Shown: positions 35,755 through 46,874 of the stretch, in pieces
Numbering within the stretch: the stretch's first letter is position 1
Layout of the letters: each line of letters starts with the position of its first letter
From: an uncultured Armatimonadetes bacterium
GTDB taxonomy: Bacteria > Armatimonadota > Hebobacteria > Hebobacterales > Hebobacteraceae
NCBI GenBank assembly: GCA_963716175.1
Contig: OY970296.1
Location: 3,488,001-3,552,000 of the forward strand
Direction of reading: 5' to 3'
DNA length: 64,000 nucleotides
Translations under genes and position numbers: made by a program
Notes under the pieces: generated by a model
Told to the model about the DNA's origin: nothing
What the model saw: the letters and a program-made list of their open reading frames with translations, nothing else
Database searches by the model: none

Positions 35755-37239
35755 ATGTACTATCCGACGAGGGCGGAGTTCAAAGAGAAGGCGCGTCAGG
35801 GCAATCTGATCCCGGTCTGGAAGGAGATCCTGCTCGACACCGAGACCCCGGTATCGGCGTTCCGCAAGATCGGCGGCAGTCAGTATGCCTTCCTGCTGGA
35901 GAGCGTCGAGGGCGGCGCCACCGTAGGCCGCCATTCCTTCCTCGGGTCAGAGCCCTTCGCCGTGTTCAGCTCCAAGGGTGATAACCTGACCGTGAGCCGC
36001 AACGGCCGCCAGCAGACCCGCCGGCTGGCGCCGGGCGAGGATCCGCTCACCGCCCTCAAGGCGCTGCTCTCCGAGTACCAGTTCATGCCGATGGAGGGGC
36101 TGCCGCGCTTCTGCGGCGGGGCGGTGGGGTTCATCGGCTACGACGTGGTGCGCTACTTCGAGCGGCTGCCGGAGCTGGCGGTGGACGACTTGGGCTTGCC
36201 CGACTGCGTGCTGGTGCTCACCGACACCTGCCTCATCTTCGATCATGCGTTCCACCGCGGCAAGGTGCTTTCGAATGCGCTGGTCAACGGCGACCCGGAC
36301 CGCGCTTACGACGAGGCGGTGCGCAAGATCGAAGCACTCTCGGCGCGGTTGGCGGCTCCCGCCCCAGCGGTGCTGCCCCCGCGGCCCCGCCCCAAGGACA
36401 CGCGGCTGGCGACGAACCTCACCCGCGAGGACTACGAGGCCGCGGTGGTCAGAGGCAAGGAGTACATCGCCGCGGGGGATCTCATCCAGGTGGTGCTCTC
36501 CCAGCGGCTGTCACGGCAAGTGGCGGCGGACTCCTTCGACATCTACCGCGCCCTGCGCTCGCTCAACCCCTCTCCCTATATGTACTACCTGACCTATGGT
36601 GATGTGAAGATCATAGGCAGCTCGCCGGAGCGGCTGGTCTCGATGTACGACGGGGAGGTGGTGACCCGTCCCATCGCCGGCTCCCGCCCCCGGGGCAAGA
36701 CGCTGGAGGAGGACGAGGCGCTGGCGGCGGAACTGCTGGCGGACGAAAAGGAGCGGGCCGAGCACGTGATGCTGTTGGACCTGGGCCGCAATGACATCGG
36801 CCGAGTCTGCCGCTACGGCACGGTGCGGGTGGATGAGCAGATGGTGATCGAGAAGTACTCGCACGTGCAGCACCTGGTCTCGAATGTGCGCGGGCAGCTC
36901 CGCGCCGACCGCGATCAGTTCGACGTGCTGCGCGCCTGCTTCCCCGCGGGCACTCTATCGGGCGCGCCCAAGGTGCGGGCGATGGAGATCATCGAGGAGC
37001 TGGAGCCCACCCGCCGCGGACCCTATGGAGGCGTGATTGGCTACTTCAGCTTCTCCGGCAACATGGACACTGCCATCACCATCCGCACCATCGTCTGCGC
37101 CAACGGCACTGCCCACTGGCAAGTGGGCGCGGGCATTGTGGCGGACTCCGTTCCCTCTCGCGAGTACGAGGAATGCGTGCTGCTGAAGGGTGGAGCATTG
37201 TTGAAGGCGATTGAGATGGCGGAGGCGGGGTTAGAGTGA
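35755..37239 (+). CDS. trpE: anthranilate synthase component I
   Basis: [44 protein letters not shown]. Confidence 0.95.
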   Translation: MYYPTRAEFKEKARQGNLIPVWKEILLDTETPVSAFRKIGGSQYAFLLESVEGGATVGRHSFLGSEPFAVFSSKGDNLTVSRNGRQQTRRLAPGEDPLTALKALLSEYQFMPMEGLPRFCGGAVGFIGYDVVRYFERLPELAVDDLGLPDCVLVLTDTCLIFDHAFHRGKVLSNALVNGDPDRAYDEAVRKIEALSARLAAPAPAVLPPRPRPKDTRLATNLTREDYEAAVVRGKEYIAAGDLIQVVLSQRLSRQVAADSFDIYRALRSLNPSPYMYYLTYGDVKIIGSSPERLVSMYDGEVVTRPIAGSRPRGKTLEEDEALAAELLADEKERAEHVMLLDLGRNDIGRVCRYGTVRVDEQMVIEKYSHVQHLVSNVRGQLRADRDQFDVLRACFPAGTLSGAPKVRAMEIIEELEPTRRGPYGGVIGYFSFSGNMDTAITIRTIVCANGTAHWQVGAGIVADSVPSREYEECVLLKGGALLKAIEMAEAGLE

Positions 37240-37283
37240 CTCACCGGAGAGGCGCAAAGGACGCGGAGAAGGGAGGCTCTCTG

Positions 37284-37847
37284 ATGCTGGCAATGGTTGA
37301 TAACTACGATTCGTTCACCTACAACCTGGTGCAATACCTGGGTGAGCTGGGGCAGGTGATCAAGGTCTACCGCAATGACCAGATCACCGCGGATGAGCTG
37401 GAGCGGGTTGGTCCCGAGCGCATCGTGATCTCGCCGGGGCCTTGCAGCCCGCTCGAGGCCGGGGTCTCGAATGAGATCATCCGCAGGTTCGCGGGCAAGG
37501 TGCCGCTGCTCGGCGTCTGTCTGGGGCATCAGTGCATCGGCCATGTCTTCGGGGGCGAGGTGGTGAGAGCGCCCCGGTTGATGCACGGCAAGACCTCCAT
37601 GATCCACCACGATGGCAAGACCATCTACCGGGGCCTGCCCAATCCGTTCTGCGCCACCCGTTATCACTCCCTGATCATCCGGCGAGAGACTCTCCCCAGC
37701 TGTCTGGAGATCACCGCCGAGACCGACCAGGGGGAGATCATGGGCGTACGACATAGGGAGCACACGGTTGAGGGTGTGCAATTCCATCCGGAGTCCATCC
37801 TCACCGAATGTGGGAAGGATCTGCTCAGGAATTTCCTGGCGCTGTGA
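37284..37847 (+). CDS. trpG: anthranilate synthase component II
   Basis: [27 protein letters not shown]. Confidence 0.93.
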   Translation: MLAMVDNYDSFTYNLVQYLGELGQVIKVYRNDQITADELERVGPERIVISPGPCSPLEAGVSNEIIRRFAGKVPLLGVCLGHQCIGHVFGGEVVRAPRLMHGKTSMIHHDGKTIYRGLPNPFCATRYHSLIIRRETLPSCLEITAETDQGEIMGVRHREHTVEGVQFHPESILTECGKDLLRNFLAL

Positions 37848-37903
37848 ATGGGATTCATCCGCCGATTGCGCAGATTGGACAGATGAATCGAAAGGAAGAG
37901 GAC

Positions 37904-38911
37904 ATGATCGCGGAGCTGATTCGGAAGGTGAGCGATAGGCAGGATCTGGCCGGCGGGGAGGCGCACGCGGCGATGGCCGAGATCATGTCCGGGGCTGCGA
38001 CTCCGGTTCAGATCGCGGCCTTCCTGGTGGCGATGCGGATGAAGGGAGAGACGGTGGACGAGGTGACCGCGTTCGCGCAGGTGATGAGGGAGCACGCACT
38101 TCCGGTGCGAACCTCCAGGCAGCCGGTGGTGGACACCTGCGGCACCGGCGGCGATGCCATCAAGACCTTCAACGTCTCCACCGCAGCCGCCTTCGTCGCC
38201 GCCGGGGCCGGGGTGGCGGTGGCGAAACATGGCAACCGATCCGTCACCAGCAAGTGCGGCAGCGCGGATGTGCTGGAGGCGCTTGGCATCCGTTTCGACC
38301 TGCCGCCCGAAAGCGTGGCGCGCTGTGTGGACGAGATCGGCATCGGCTTTATGTTCGCGCCCGCCTACCATCCCGCGATGAAGCATGCCGCCCCCGTGAG
38401 ACGCGAGCTGGGCCTGCGCACCGTGTTCAACGCGCTGGGGCCGCTGACCAACCCGGCCGGAGCGCAGGCGCAGGTGCTCGGAGTCTACGCGCCGGAGTTG
38501 ACCGAGCTGCACGCCGGGGTCCTGCGCAACCTGGGATCGCGGCGCGCCTTCGTGGTGCACGGCGTGGGCGGGCTAGATGAGCTGTCCACGCTGGGCGAAA
38601 CCAGGATCACGGAACTGTACGAGGGACAGCTTCGCACCTACCAGCTCGCGCCGGAAGAGCTGGGACTGGGTCGCGCCCGCGCCGAGGAGATCCGGGGCCG
38701 CACGCCCGAGGAGAACGCGCGGTTGCTGGTCCAAGTGCTGGAGGGAGAAGAAGGACCGGCGCGCGACATCGTGCTCCTGAACGCGGCGGCGGCGATCGCG
38801 GCCGGCGGCAAGACCGACACCCTGGCGGAGGCGATACCGATGGCGGCCGAGTCGGTAGACTCAGGCGCCGCGCTGGGCAAGCTGCGCGACCTGCAGGCGG
38901 TCACGGGATAG
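37904..38911 (+). CDS. trpD: anthranilate phosphoribosyltransferase
   Basis: DTCGTGGD, NVST, KHGNRS, GSAD, GPLTNP. Confidence 0.96.
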   Translation: MIAELIRKVSDRQDLAGGEAHAAMAEIMSGAATPVQIAAFLVAMRMKGETVDEVTAFAQVMREHALPVRTSRQPVVDTCGTGGDAIKTFNVSTAAAFVAAGAGVAVAKHGNRSVTSKCGSADVLEALGIRFDLPPESVARCVDEIGIGFMFAPAYHPAMKHAAPVRRELGLRTVFNALGPLTNPAGAQAQVLGVYAPELTELHAGVLRNLGSRRAFVVHGVGGLDELSTLGETRITELYEGQLRTYQLAPEELGLGRARAEEIRGRTPEENARLLVQVLEGEEGPARDIVLLNAAAAIAAGGKTDTLAEAIPMAAESVDSGAALGKLRDLQAVTG

Positions 38912-38952
38912 GCGGTCCGCAGATTGCGCAGATTACACAGAGAGAAAGAGCT

Positions 38953-39723
38953 TTGATCCTGGATCGCATTCTGGTCGAAAAGCGGAAGGAAGTGGAGGCC
39001 CTACGCGAGCGCTACCGCGATTGGCGGCCTCCCGCGGCCCCGCCGGTGCGGCGGGATTTCCGGGCGGCGCTGCGCGGCGAGGGCATCGCGCTGATCGCGG
39101 AGTTCAAGCGCAGATCGCCCTCTCGCGGCGAGATCCGGCCGGCTGCGGACCCCATCGGTATGGCGAGAAGCTACGAAGCGGCTGGGGCTGCCGCGCTCTC
39201 TGTGCTCACCGATGAGCGCTTCTTCGGGGGCAGCCTGGCCGATCTGAACGTCGTCCGGGGCGCGGTGGAGCTGCCGGTGTTGCGAAAGGATTTCATCACA
39301 GACCCCTGCCAGGTGGCGGAGTCAGCGCTACCGGAGGGACCGGATGCCTTGCTGCTCATTGTCGTAGCGCTCGAGGGGGAGCGGCTCCGGTCCCTCCGGC
39401 GAATGGCCGAGCTGTGCGGCCAGGCCGCCCTGGTCGAGGTGCACACCGAACAGGAAGTGGATCGAGCGCTGGAGAGTGGGGCCGAGATCATTGGCATCAA
39501 CAACCGCGATCTGCGTACCTTCGAGGTGTCGCTCGACACCACCTTTCGGCTGCGACCGCGCATTCCGTCCACAGTGACCGTGGTGGCGGAGAGCGGTGTC
39601 CACGGCCGGGACGATGTGGTGCGGCTAAGCGATGCGGGTGTGGACGCGGTGCTGGTGGGGGAGGCATTGATGACGGCGGACGATCCTGCCGCGAAGATCA
39701 GAGAGCTATTGGGTCAAGCATGA
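38953..39723 (+). CDS. trpC: indole-3-glycerol phosphate synthase
   Basis: IAEFKRRSPSRG, LRKDF, GINNRDL, AESG. Confidence 0.95.
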   Translation: MILDRILVEKRKEVEALRERYRDWRPPAAPPVRRDFRAALRGEGIALIAEFKRRSPSRGEIRPAADPIGMARSYEAAGAAALSVLTDERFFGGSLADLNVVRGAVELPVLRKDFITDPCQVAESALPEGPDALLLIVVALEGERLRSLRRMAELCGQAALVEVHTEQEVDRALESGAEIIGINNRDLRTFEVSLDTTFRLRPRIPSTVTVVAESGVHGRDDVVRLSDAGVDAVLVGEALMTADDPAAKIRELLGQA

Positions 39724-40352
39724 CCAGGGTGAAAGTCTGTGGCATCACGAATAGGGACGATGCCGATACCTGCATCCGCTGCGGCGCCGATGCTATTGGC
39801 TTCGTGTTCGCGGCCAGTCCCCGGCGGATTAGCCCCCAGGAGGCGCGTGAAATCCTACAGGGCTGCGCGCCCTTTGTCACTTCCGTAGGAGTGTTCGTGG
39901 ATTGGCCCGTCAAGGAAGTGACACGCGCACTGGAGGTGAGCGGCTGTGCGCTTGCCCAGCTTCATGGTGCTGAGTCTCCGGAGTATGTGCAGGCGCTCTC
40001 GCCCCACCGGGTGATCAAGGCCATCCGCGTTGGACAAGACCTTGACGAGACGCTGGCGAGAAGCTATAAAGGAGTGAGTGCGATTCTGCTGGACACCTAT
40101 GTGGCAGGACTCGCAGGCGGGACTGGCCGGCGGTTCGACGTCAGGCTCGCGGTCCGCCTGGTGCAGGAAGGATGGCGGGTGATCCTGGCTGGTGGTCTGA
40201 CCCCACAGAATGTGGGTGAGGTGGTGGCTTCAGTGCGGCCCTACGGTGTTGATGTGAGCAGTGGGGTGGAGTCGGCGCCAGGTCGCAAGGACCCTGAGAA
40301 GGTGGCGCGGTTCATCGCGGCAGTGCGCGAGGCCGACCGCGCAGGCGCCTGA
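39720..40352 (+). CDS. trpF: phosphoribosylanthranilate isomerase
   Basis: KVCGIT, QLHG, GGTG, LAGGL, DVSSGVE. Confidence 0.95.
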   Translation: MTRVKVCGITNRDDADTCIRCGADAIGFVFAASPRRISPQEAREILQGCAPFVTSVGVFVDWPVKEVTRALEVSGCALAQLHGAESPEYVQALSPHRVIKAIRVGQDLDETLARSYKGVSAILLDTYVAGLAGGTGRRFDVRLAVRLVQEGWRVILAGGLTPQNVGEVVASVRPYGVDVSSGVESAPGRKDPEKVARFIAAVREADRAGA

Positions 40353-40353
40353 C

Positions 40354-41565
40354 ATGGGCGCCCAGGCCAGGCCCGCGGGCAACGCCGCGCCCGGCCACTT
40401 CGGCCCCTTTGGCGGCATCTTCGTCCCCGAGACCTTGATGGCCCCACTGCTGGAGGTGGCCGCGGCCTACGAAACGGCTCGCCAGGACCCCGATTTCCAG
40501 CAGGAGCTGGCTGCCTATCTGCGCGACTATGTGGGCCGCCCCACGCCGCTCTACTTATGCTCTCGCCTCACCGAGCACGCCGGTGGCGCGAGCATCTACT
40601 TGAAGCGGGAGGACCTGGCCCACACCGGCTCGCACAAGCTCAACAACGCCACCGGGCAGGCGCTGCTGGCGCGGCGTATGGGTCGCCAGAACCTGCTGGC
40701 CGAGACCGGGGCCGGACAGCACGGGGTGGCCACCGCCACCGTGGCCGCGCTCTTCGGCTTCGGTTGCTGTGTCTACATGGGCGAGGAGGATGTGCGTCGG
40801 CAGGCGCTCAACGTCTACCGCATGCGGCTGCTCGGGGCCGAGGTGGTGCCGGTCACCTCCGGCAGCCGCACCCTGAAGGATGCCATCAACGAGGCCTTTC
40901 GGGTCTGGATGGCCACCGCCGAGACCACCTACTATCTCTTCGGCACCGCGGCGGGGCCGCACCCCTATCCCACCATGGTGCGAGATTTTCAGTCAGTGGT
41001 GGGGCGGGAGGCGAGGGGGCAGATGCTGGCCCACGAGGGGCGGCTGCCCGACTACCTGGTGGCCTGCGTGGGTGGAGGCAGTAATGCCATCGGGCTCTTT
41101 CATCCTTTCCTCGGCGATGACACGGTGAAGATGGTAGGCGTGGAGGCGGCGGGCAGGGGGTTGAGCTCCGGCCAGCACGCGGCCTCCCTGTCGGCGGGAA
41201 GCGCGGGCGTGCTGCACGGCGCGCGGAGCAAAGTCCTCCAGACGCCGGAGGGTCAGATTCGCAGCACCCATTCGGTGGCGGCGGGCCTGGATTACCCCGG
41301 CGTGGGCCCGGAGCACGCCTACCTGCAGGCGAGCGGCCGCGCCGAGTATGTCGCGGCGAGCGACGAGGCGGCCCTGGGTGCCTTTGAGCTGCTGTGCCGG
41401 TATGAGGGCATCATGCCGGCGCTGGAAAGCGCACATGCCGTCGCCTACGCGGTGGAACTGGCGAAGACGCTGCCCCGTGAGGCGATCATCCTGGTGAACC
41501 TCTCGGGGCGGGGAGACAAGGATGTGGCGGAGGTGCAGCGGGTGCTGGCGGAGCGGGGACGATGA
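40354..41565 (+). CDS. trpB: tryptophan synthase beta chain
   Basis: [45 protein letters not shown]. Confidence 0.97.
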   Translation: MGAQARPAGNAAPGHFGPFGGIFVPETLMAPLLEVAAAYETARQDPDFQQELAAYLRDYVGRPTPLYLCSRLTEHAGGASIYLKREDLAHTGSHKLNNATGQALLARRMGRQNLLAETGAGQHGVATATVAALFGFGCCVYMGEEDVRRQALNVYRMRLLGAEVVPVTSGSRTLKDAINEAFRVWMATAETTYYLFGTAAGPHPYPTMVRDFQSVVGREARGQMLAHEGRLPDYLVACVGGGSNAIGLFHPFLGDDTVKMVGVEAAGRGLSSGQHAASLSAGSAGVLHGARSKVLQTPEGQIRSTHSVAAGLDYPGVGPEHAYLQASGRAEYVAASDEAALGAFELLCRYEGIMPALESAHAVAYAVELAKTLPREAIILVNLSGRGDKDVAEVQRVLAERGR

Positions 41566-42412
41566 CCGAGTGCGCTCTGCCCACGGCCGGCCATGGCAGC
41601 CGGATCGAGGCCCGTTTCACCGCGCTGCGCGAGCGTGGGAGGGCGCGCTGATCGTGTTCGTGGTGGCCGGCCATCCGCACGCAAGCACCACCAGCGAACT
41701 CCTGATCGCGATCGCGGAGGCGGGCGCGGATATCATCGAGCTGGGCCTTCCGTTCTCCGATCCATTGGCCGACGGACCCGTGATCCAGGCCGCCTCCCAG
41801 CAGGCGCTGCGCGACGGAGTGACGCCGGCGCAAGTGTTGGAGATGGCGACAGCATTTCGTCGCGCCTGCCAGGTCCCACTGGTGCTGATGACGTGCTATA
41901 ATCCTATTCAGCAGTTCGGCGTGGAGCAGTTCGCGCGTCAGAGCGCGGCGGCGGGAGTGGAAGGTGTGATCGTGACTGATCTCCCTCCAGAGGAAGCCGG
42001 GGAATGGGTGCCGGCGGCGAGAGCCAACCGGCTGGACACCATTTTCCTGTTGGCGCCGACCAGTCCGGCCCATCGCATCAAGAAGGTAGTTGATCTTGCG
42101 ACCGGTTTTGTGTACTGTGTTTCTCGGATGGGAGTGACCGGCGCGCGGGCCGAACTCCCCGCGGACCTACGGGCCCTGGTGGGAAGGATTCGGGAGCACA
42201 CCGCGAAGCCGGTGGCGGTTGGATTCGGGATCTCTCGGCCGGAGCATGTGGCCGAGGTGTGCAGACTGGCGGATGGCGCGGTCGTAGGGAGCGCCGTGGT
42301 GTCACTGGTGGACCGCGCCCAGGGCTCGGCGGGGCCCGGGCGAGCGGCGGCGGACTTCGTGCGAGAGCTGAAGGCGGCCACGAAGGTCTCGTCGTCAGCG
42401 CGGTTTGGCTGA
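41562..42412 (+). CDS. trpA: tryptophan synthase alpha chain (1-nt frameshift at the G run 41637-39)
   Basis: SRIEARF in one frame, then [23 protein letters not shown] and GFGIS in the next. Confidence 0.92.
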
Positions 42413-42531
42413 AAGCAGCCCACGCGGTCCCGGGCTGGCGAGGCGGAGCCGGGCTCGTGCCACGTAGCTGGGGCGCGCGGTCCGGTGGCGGCGCCGTTGG
42501 TGCTAGTTCGCAGAGTAGCAAAGGGGAAGGC

Positions 42532-43254
42532 ATGTTTTCGAAGATCGCCCTGGCGAAGATGATTGACCACTCTCTGCTTCGACCCGATGCCACGGAGGAC
42601 GACGTCACTCGCTGCTGTGAGGAAGCCAAGGAGCTCCATTTCGCGTGCCTGATGGTGCTGCCCTATTGGTGTCAGGTGGCGGAGCGGCGGCTGCGGGACT
42701 CCGACGTGAAAGTGGGCACGGTGGTCGCCTATCCCTTCGGCGTCCTGCCCACCTCCGTCAAAGCCTACGAGGCGCGGCAGTCCATCGGGAATGGCGCCGT
42801 CGAGCTGGACATTGTGATCAATCTGGGTGCAGTCAAGTCCCGCGACTACACTACGGTGCAGCGAGACCTCGAGGAAGTGGTGACCGTAGCCAAGCTCGCC
42901 GGCCTCACTGAGGACGGCGACGACATCTTGGCCAAAGTCATTATCGAGGTCGGGCTGACCAGCCGGGAGGAGCAAACCCGGGTCTGCCGCATTGCCAAGT
43001 CGGTGCGCGCGGATTTCATCAAGACCTGCACCGGGCAGGGGCCGCGGGGGGTGACGGTGCAGGACGTGAAGCACATCCGCCAGGTGGTGGGCAGAGAGAT
43101 GGGGGTCAAGGCTTCGGGCGGCATCCGCACCATCCAGCAGGCGATGGCCCTGATCAACGCGGGAGCCAATCGCATCGGCACCAGCACGGGCGTGCAGATC
43201 GTGGCGTGCTACGACCAGTCGCAGGGGGCGATGACGGAGGAAGTCCTGCGATAG
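42532..43254 (+). CDS. deoC: deoxyribose-phosphate aldolase
   Basis: IDHSLL, ELDIV, KVIIE, DFIKTCTG, VKASGGIR, RIGTS. Confidence 0.93.
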   Translation: MFSKIALAKMIDHSLLRPDATEDDVTRCCEEAKELHFACLMVLPYWCQVAERRLRDSDVKVGTVVAYPFGVLPTSVKAYEARQSIGNGAVELDIVINLGAVKSRDYTTVQRDLEEVVTVAKLAGLTEDGDDILAKVIIEVGLTSREEQTRVCRIAKSVRADFIKTCTGQGPRGVTVQDVKHIRQVVGREMGVKASGGIRTIQQAMALINAGANRIGTSTGVQIVACYDQSQGAMTEEVLR

Positions 43255-43321
43255 CTTGCCAGACGACCGGCGGGCGAGTCCGTCCTGCCGCCGGACGCCC
43301 CAGGCCGGGAAGGGGGTGGCA

Positions 43322-44066
43322 GTGAGCCGGGCTCGGGTCTATCGGGTATCGGCCCTCCTCATCCGGCAGCGTAACTTCGGCGAGGCCGACCGCATCGTCA
43401 CTCTCCTCACCCGGGAGCGCGGCAAGCTCTCCGCCATCGCCAAGGGCGTGAAAAAGGCTCGGAGCAAGTTCGCCGGGGGGCTCCAGCTCTTTTCCCTGGC
43501 TCGCCTCCAACTCGCCGTCGGGCGCTCTCTGGAGGTGGTCACACAGGTGGAGCCCACGGCCGGCTTCTATCACCTCCGCGAGGACCTGGGCCGCTTCGCC
43601 CACGCCTCCTACCTTTGCGAGCTGGTGGATGTGCTCACCGAAGAGCAGGCGCCGGACTCCGCGATCTTCGACCTTCTGGTGGCTGCGCTGGGCGCCCTGG
43701 ATGCAGGCGGCGATCCCCCCACCGTCACCCGGGGATTCGAGCTCAAGCTGCTCACTCACTTGGGCTATGGCCCGGAGATGAACACGTGTGTGGCCTGCGG
43801 CACCGAGGTGGAGGGGGGAGAGGCAGGATTCTCCGCCGCGGAGGGAGGAATTCTGTGCCAGTCCTGCCGCAGGGGGCAGGGCGCGCCTGAGCTGGGCGCT
43901 GGCGCGGCTCGCGGCGATGAGGGACTTGATCCGCCTCCCGTTGGAGGAGCTCGCCGGGCGGCGGCTCAAGGCCGGGGTGCAGCAGGAGCTGGAGCGGATC
44001 ATGCGCGCCTACGTGGACTACCGACTCGAGCGGCCGCTGCGCAGCACGGCCCTGCTAGTGCGCTGA
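43322..44066 (+). CDS. recO: DNA repair protein RecO (1-nt frameshift near 43906)
   Basis: FGEADRIV, GKLSAIAKG, FELKLL..LGY, CxxC..CxxC; C-terminus lies in the 43788-44066 frame. Confidence 0.88.
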
Positions 44067-44077
44067 GGCTCTGTGCT

Positions 44078-45809
44078 GTGCGCAATGCTGATGTCGCCAG
44101 AGTGATCTCCGAGATCGCTGCCATCCTCACCGTGAGAGGGGAGAACCTTTTCAAGGTGCGCGCTTATCGAGCGCGCCGCGGAGGCGATCGGCAACCTCCC
44201 GGATGACCTCAGCGACATCCGCGAGCGCGGCGAGTTACGCACCATCCCGGGCGTTGGAGCCAGCATCGCCGAGAAGATCGAGGAGCTGCTCGACACCGGC
44301 CAGTGCCGGTTTCATCAGGATCTGCTGCGCGAGTTCCCGGCCACCGCCCTCGAGTTCTTCCGCATCCCCGGGATTGGTCCCAAGACGGTCAAGGTGCTGC
44401 TGGATAGGGGGATAGACACCATTGAGGGCCTGGAGCGGGCCGCGGCCGGTGGAGAACTGCGCGCCTTGCGCGGGTTGGGCGAGAAGACCGAGCAGGAAAT
44501 CCTGCGTGGCATCGCCCACATGCGCGAGTACAGCAAGCGTGCTAGCCTGGGTGTGGCCTGGTCCATGGCGCAGGCGATCATGGAGCGGATTCGTGCCTCC
44601 GCTCCCGTTGATCAGATGGAGGCCGCCGGCAGCCTGCGGCGGATGAAGGAGACGATAGGCGACATTGACATTCTCGTGACTTCCGAGCAGCCGGAGGCGG
44701 TGATGCGGTCCTTTGTGGCCCTCGATGCGGTGGATCAGGTGCTGGCGCACGGGCCCACCAAGTCCAGCATTCTCACCCATGCCGGCATCCAGGCCGACAT
44801 CCGGGTGATGGCGCCGGAATCCTTCGGCGCCGCGCTCCAGTACTTCACCGGGTCCAAGCAGCACAATATCAAGCTGCGGGACCTGGCGGTGCGCAAGAAG
44901 CTCAAGCTGAACGAGTACGGCGTCTTCAAGCTGGCCCGAGGCAAGGAGGAGCGCATTGGCGGCCGGCTGGAGGAGGAGATGTACGCGGCCTTGGGTCTCC
45001 CTATGATGCCACCGGAGATGCGGGAGGACCAGGGGGAAATCGAGGCGGCGCGAGCCGGAAACCTGCCCCAGCTCGTGGCGCTGTCAGACATCCGGGGCGA
45101 CCTGCACGTGCACAGCAACTGGAGCGATGGCCACGTCACCATCGCGGAGATGGCGCGCGCGGCCAAGGCCCTCGGCTATGCGTACCTCGCGCTCACAGAT
45201 CACTCGCCCTCCGAGACCGTCGCCAACGGGCTCTCGGTGGAACGGCTGAGACAGCGGTTCGACGAGCTGAAGGCCGCCCGCAAGGCAGTGAAGGGAATCG
45301 CCATCCTGAATGGCAGCGAAGTTGACATTAAGCGGGATGGCTCGCTGGATTACCCTGACGAAGTGCTGGCCGAGCTGGATTTCGTGGTGGCCTCGGTCCA
45401 CTCCGGATGGAAGATGGAGCGAGCGGCCATGACTGCTCGCATCATCGAGGCGATGGAGAACCCGTGGGTGGACTGCATCGCGCATCCTACCGGCCGGCTG
45501 ATCGGGCGCCGCGAGCCATATGAGGTGGACATGGAGGAGTTGCTCCAGGCCGCGGCGCGGCTGAAGGTGGCCCTGGAGATCAATGCCTATCCCGAACGGC
45601 TCGACCTGAAGGACGTGCATGCGCGGCGCGCCAAGGAGCTGGGTGTGAAGATGCTGATCAACACTGACGCCCACGCCCCTGACCACTTCCCCCTGATGCG
45701 CTTTGGGGTGGCTACCGCACGGCGCGGCTGGCTAGAGCCTGCGGATGTGCTCAACACCTTGCCTCTCTCCCAACTTAAGGTGCGGCTTCGGCGCGGGCGG
45801 GGGCACTAG
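44078..45809 (+). CDS. polX: DNA polymerase X / PHP exonuclease (1-nt frameshift near 44170)
   Basis: GENLFKVRAY, AGSLRR, GDIDIL, YFTGSKQHN, GDLHVH, TDHS, TDAH. Confidence 0.92.
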
Positions 45810-45923
45810 GCAACAGGCAGGCCGTCAGCAGCTTTCTGCTCTCACGGGAAGGAGAGTCTGCCGGAGGGTGGAACAGGTCTGCGCCGCCCGCCTCAGGCGG
45901 GCTGTCGGCGACTGCTCCGGGAG

Positions 45924-46232
45924 GTGAGTGGCTTGACCAAGGCAGAGCTGATCGACGCGGTGGCAGAGAGAACGCGTCTCAAGAAGAAAGACTTGGACCC
46001 GATCCTCGACGCGGTGCTGGCGGTGATTGCGGGCACTCTCAGGAAGCACGAGAAGGTGCAGATCAGCGGGTTCGGCACTTTCGAGGCCCGCCGCCGCAAA
46101 GCGCGCACCGCGCGCAATCCCCGTACCCAGGAAACCATCAAGGTTGGCCCGAGCTGGTCCCTCGGTTTTCGTCCCGGCAAACAGCTCAGGGAGCTAGTCA
46201 GCGGGAGGCCCGGCTCCGCCGGCCTCCGCTGA
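45924..46232 (+). CDS. hup: HU family DNA-binding protein
   Basis: TKAELI, GFGTF, ARNPRT, FRPGK. Confidence 0.92.
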   Translation: MSGLTKAELIDAVAERTRLKKKDLDPILDAVLAVIAGTLRKHEKVQISGFGTFEARRRKARTARNPRTQETIKVGPSWSLGFRPGKQLRELVSGRPGSAGLR

Positions 46233-46274
46233 GATGATGCCGGCGGCGAGGCCGGCGCCGCCGGCCTCGCCGCG

Positions 46275-46302
46275 TTGACACAGCTCTGCCCCATGCTATA
46301 AT
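46275..46302 (+). promoter_or_regulatory. tRNA promoter
   Basis: TTGACA-N16-TATAAT with TGn extension. Confidence 0.8.
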
Positions 46303-46312
46303 GGCCAGGCCA

Positions 46313-46389
46313 CGGGGCGTGGCGCAATTTGGTAGCGCACCGGAATGGGGTTCCGGTGGTTGTCGGTTCGAGTCCGGCCGCCCCGACCA
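46313..46389 (+). tRNA. tRNA-Pro(GGG)
   Basis: CGGGGCG/CGCCCCG acceptor, CCGGA-ATGGGGT-TCCGG anticodon arm, GTTCGAGTC, encoded CCA. Confidence 0.96.
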
Positions 46390-46554
46390 GCTTCCTGCCG
46401 CTGTCTCTCGAGCCCCCGCCCGGACGAGTCGCGATTCCCTTTGGGCCGACTCCCACGAGCTGGCCGCGGCGCGCCTGGAGATCCCGGTTCTGGGGTCTCC
46501 CTCGCACATTGCTCATTGCATTCCCAGCCAGGATGTGCTAGTATCTGAGTAGAC

Positions 46555-46740
46555 AAGTTAGCCCTGCGGTGTACGTGATTGTCTCGGAAGTTTTGAGCCA
46601 ACACTTACGTCTTGGGAGCCAGAGTCTAGCTGCCAAGTGGTAGCCCGCCTTCGGCGGGATTCACGCGGTATGCAGCGCGGTTCCCACCTGCTTAGGCAGG
46701 TTCAAAAACTCATGAGGCACACGGCATGCGCGGGGCTTGC
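46555..46740 (+). ncRNA. ssrS: 6S RNA
   Basis: Rod-like pairing AGCCCTGCG/CGCGGGGCT, TTTTGAGCC/GGTTCAAAA and GGGAGCC/GGTTCCC around a central bubble; followed by a terminator. Confidence 0.8.
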
Positions 46741-46757
46741 TGTGGATGCGCCAAGGT

Positions 46758-46786
46758 AAAGCGGGCCTGCACGGCAGGCCCGCTTT
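46758..46786 (+). terminator. intrinsic terminator after 6S RNA
   Basis: AAAGCGGGCCTGC-ACG-GCAGGCCCGCTTT. Confidence 0.75.
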
Positions 46787-46874
46787 CGCGTGCGTGCTCG
46801 CGGGCCTGGTTGCGCTGACCCGGCTGCACCCACTATAATAGCCGCCGGTCGTCATCGCACACGCGGGGGGAAAC

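Noticed and set aside
43256-44206. RecO-PolX fusion implied by the ORF track
   Set aside because: Produced by two single-base frameshifts; each gene has its own terminus in the adjacent frame
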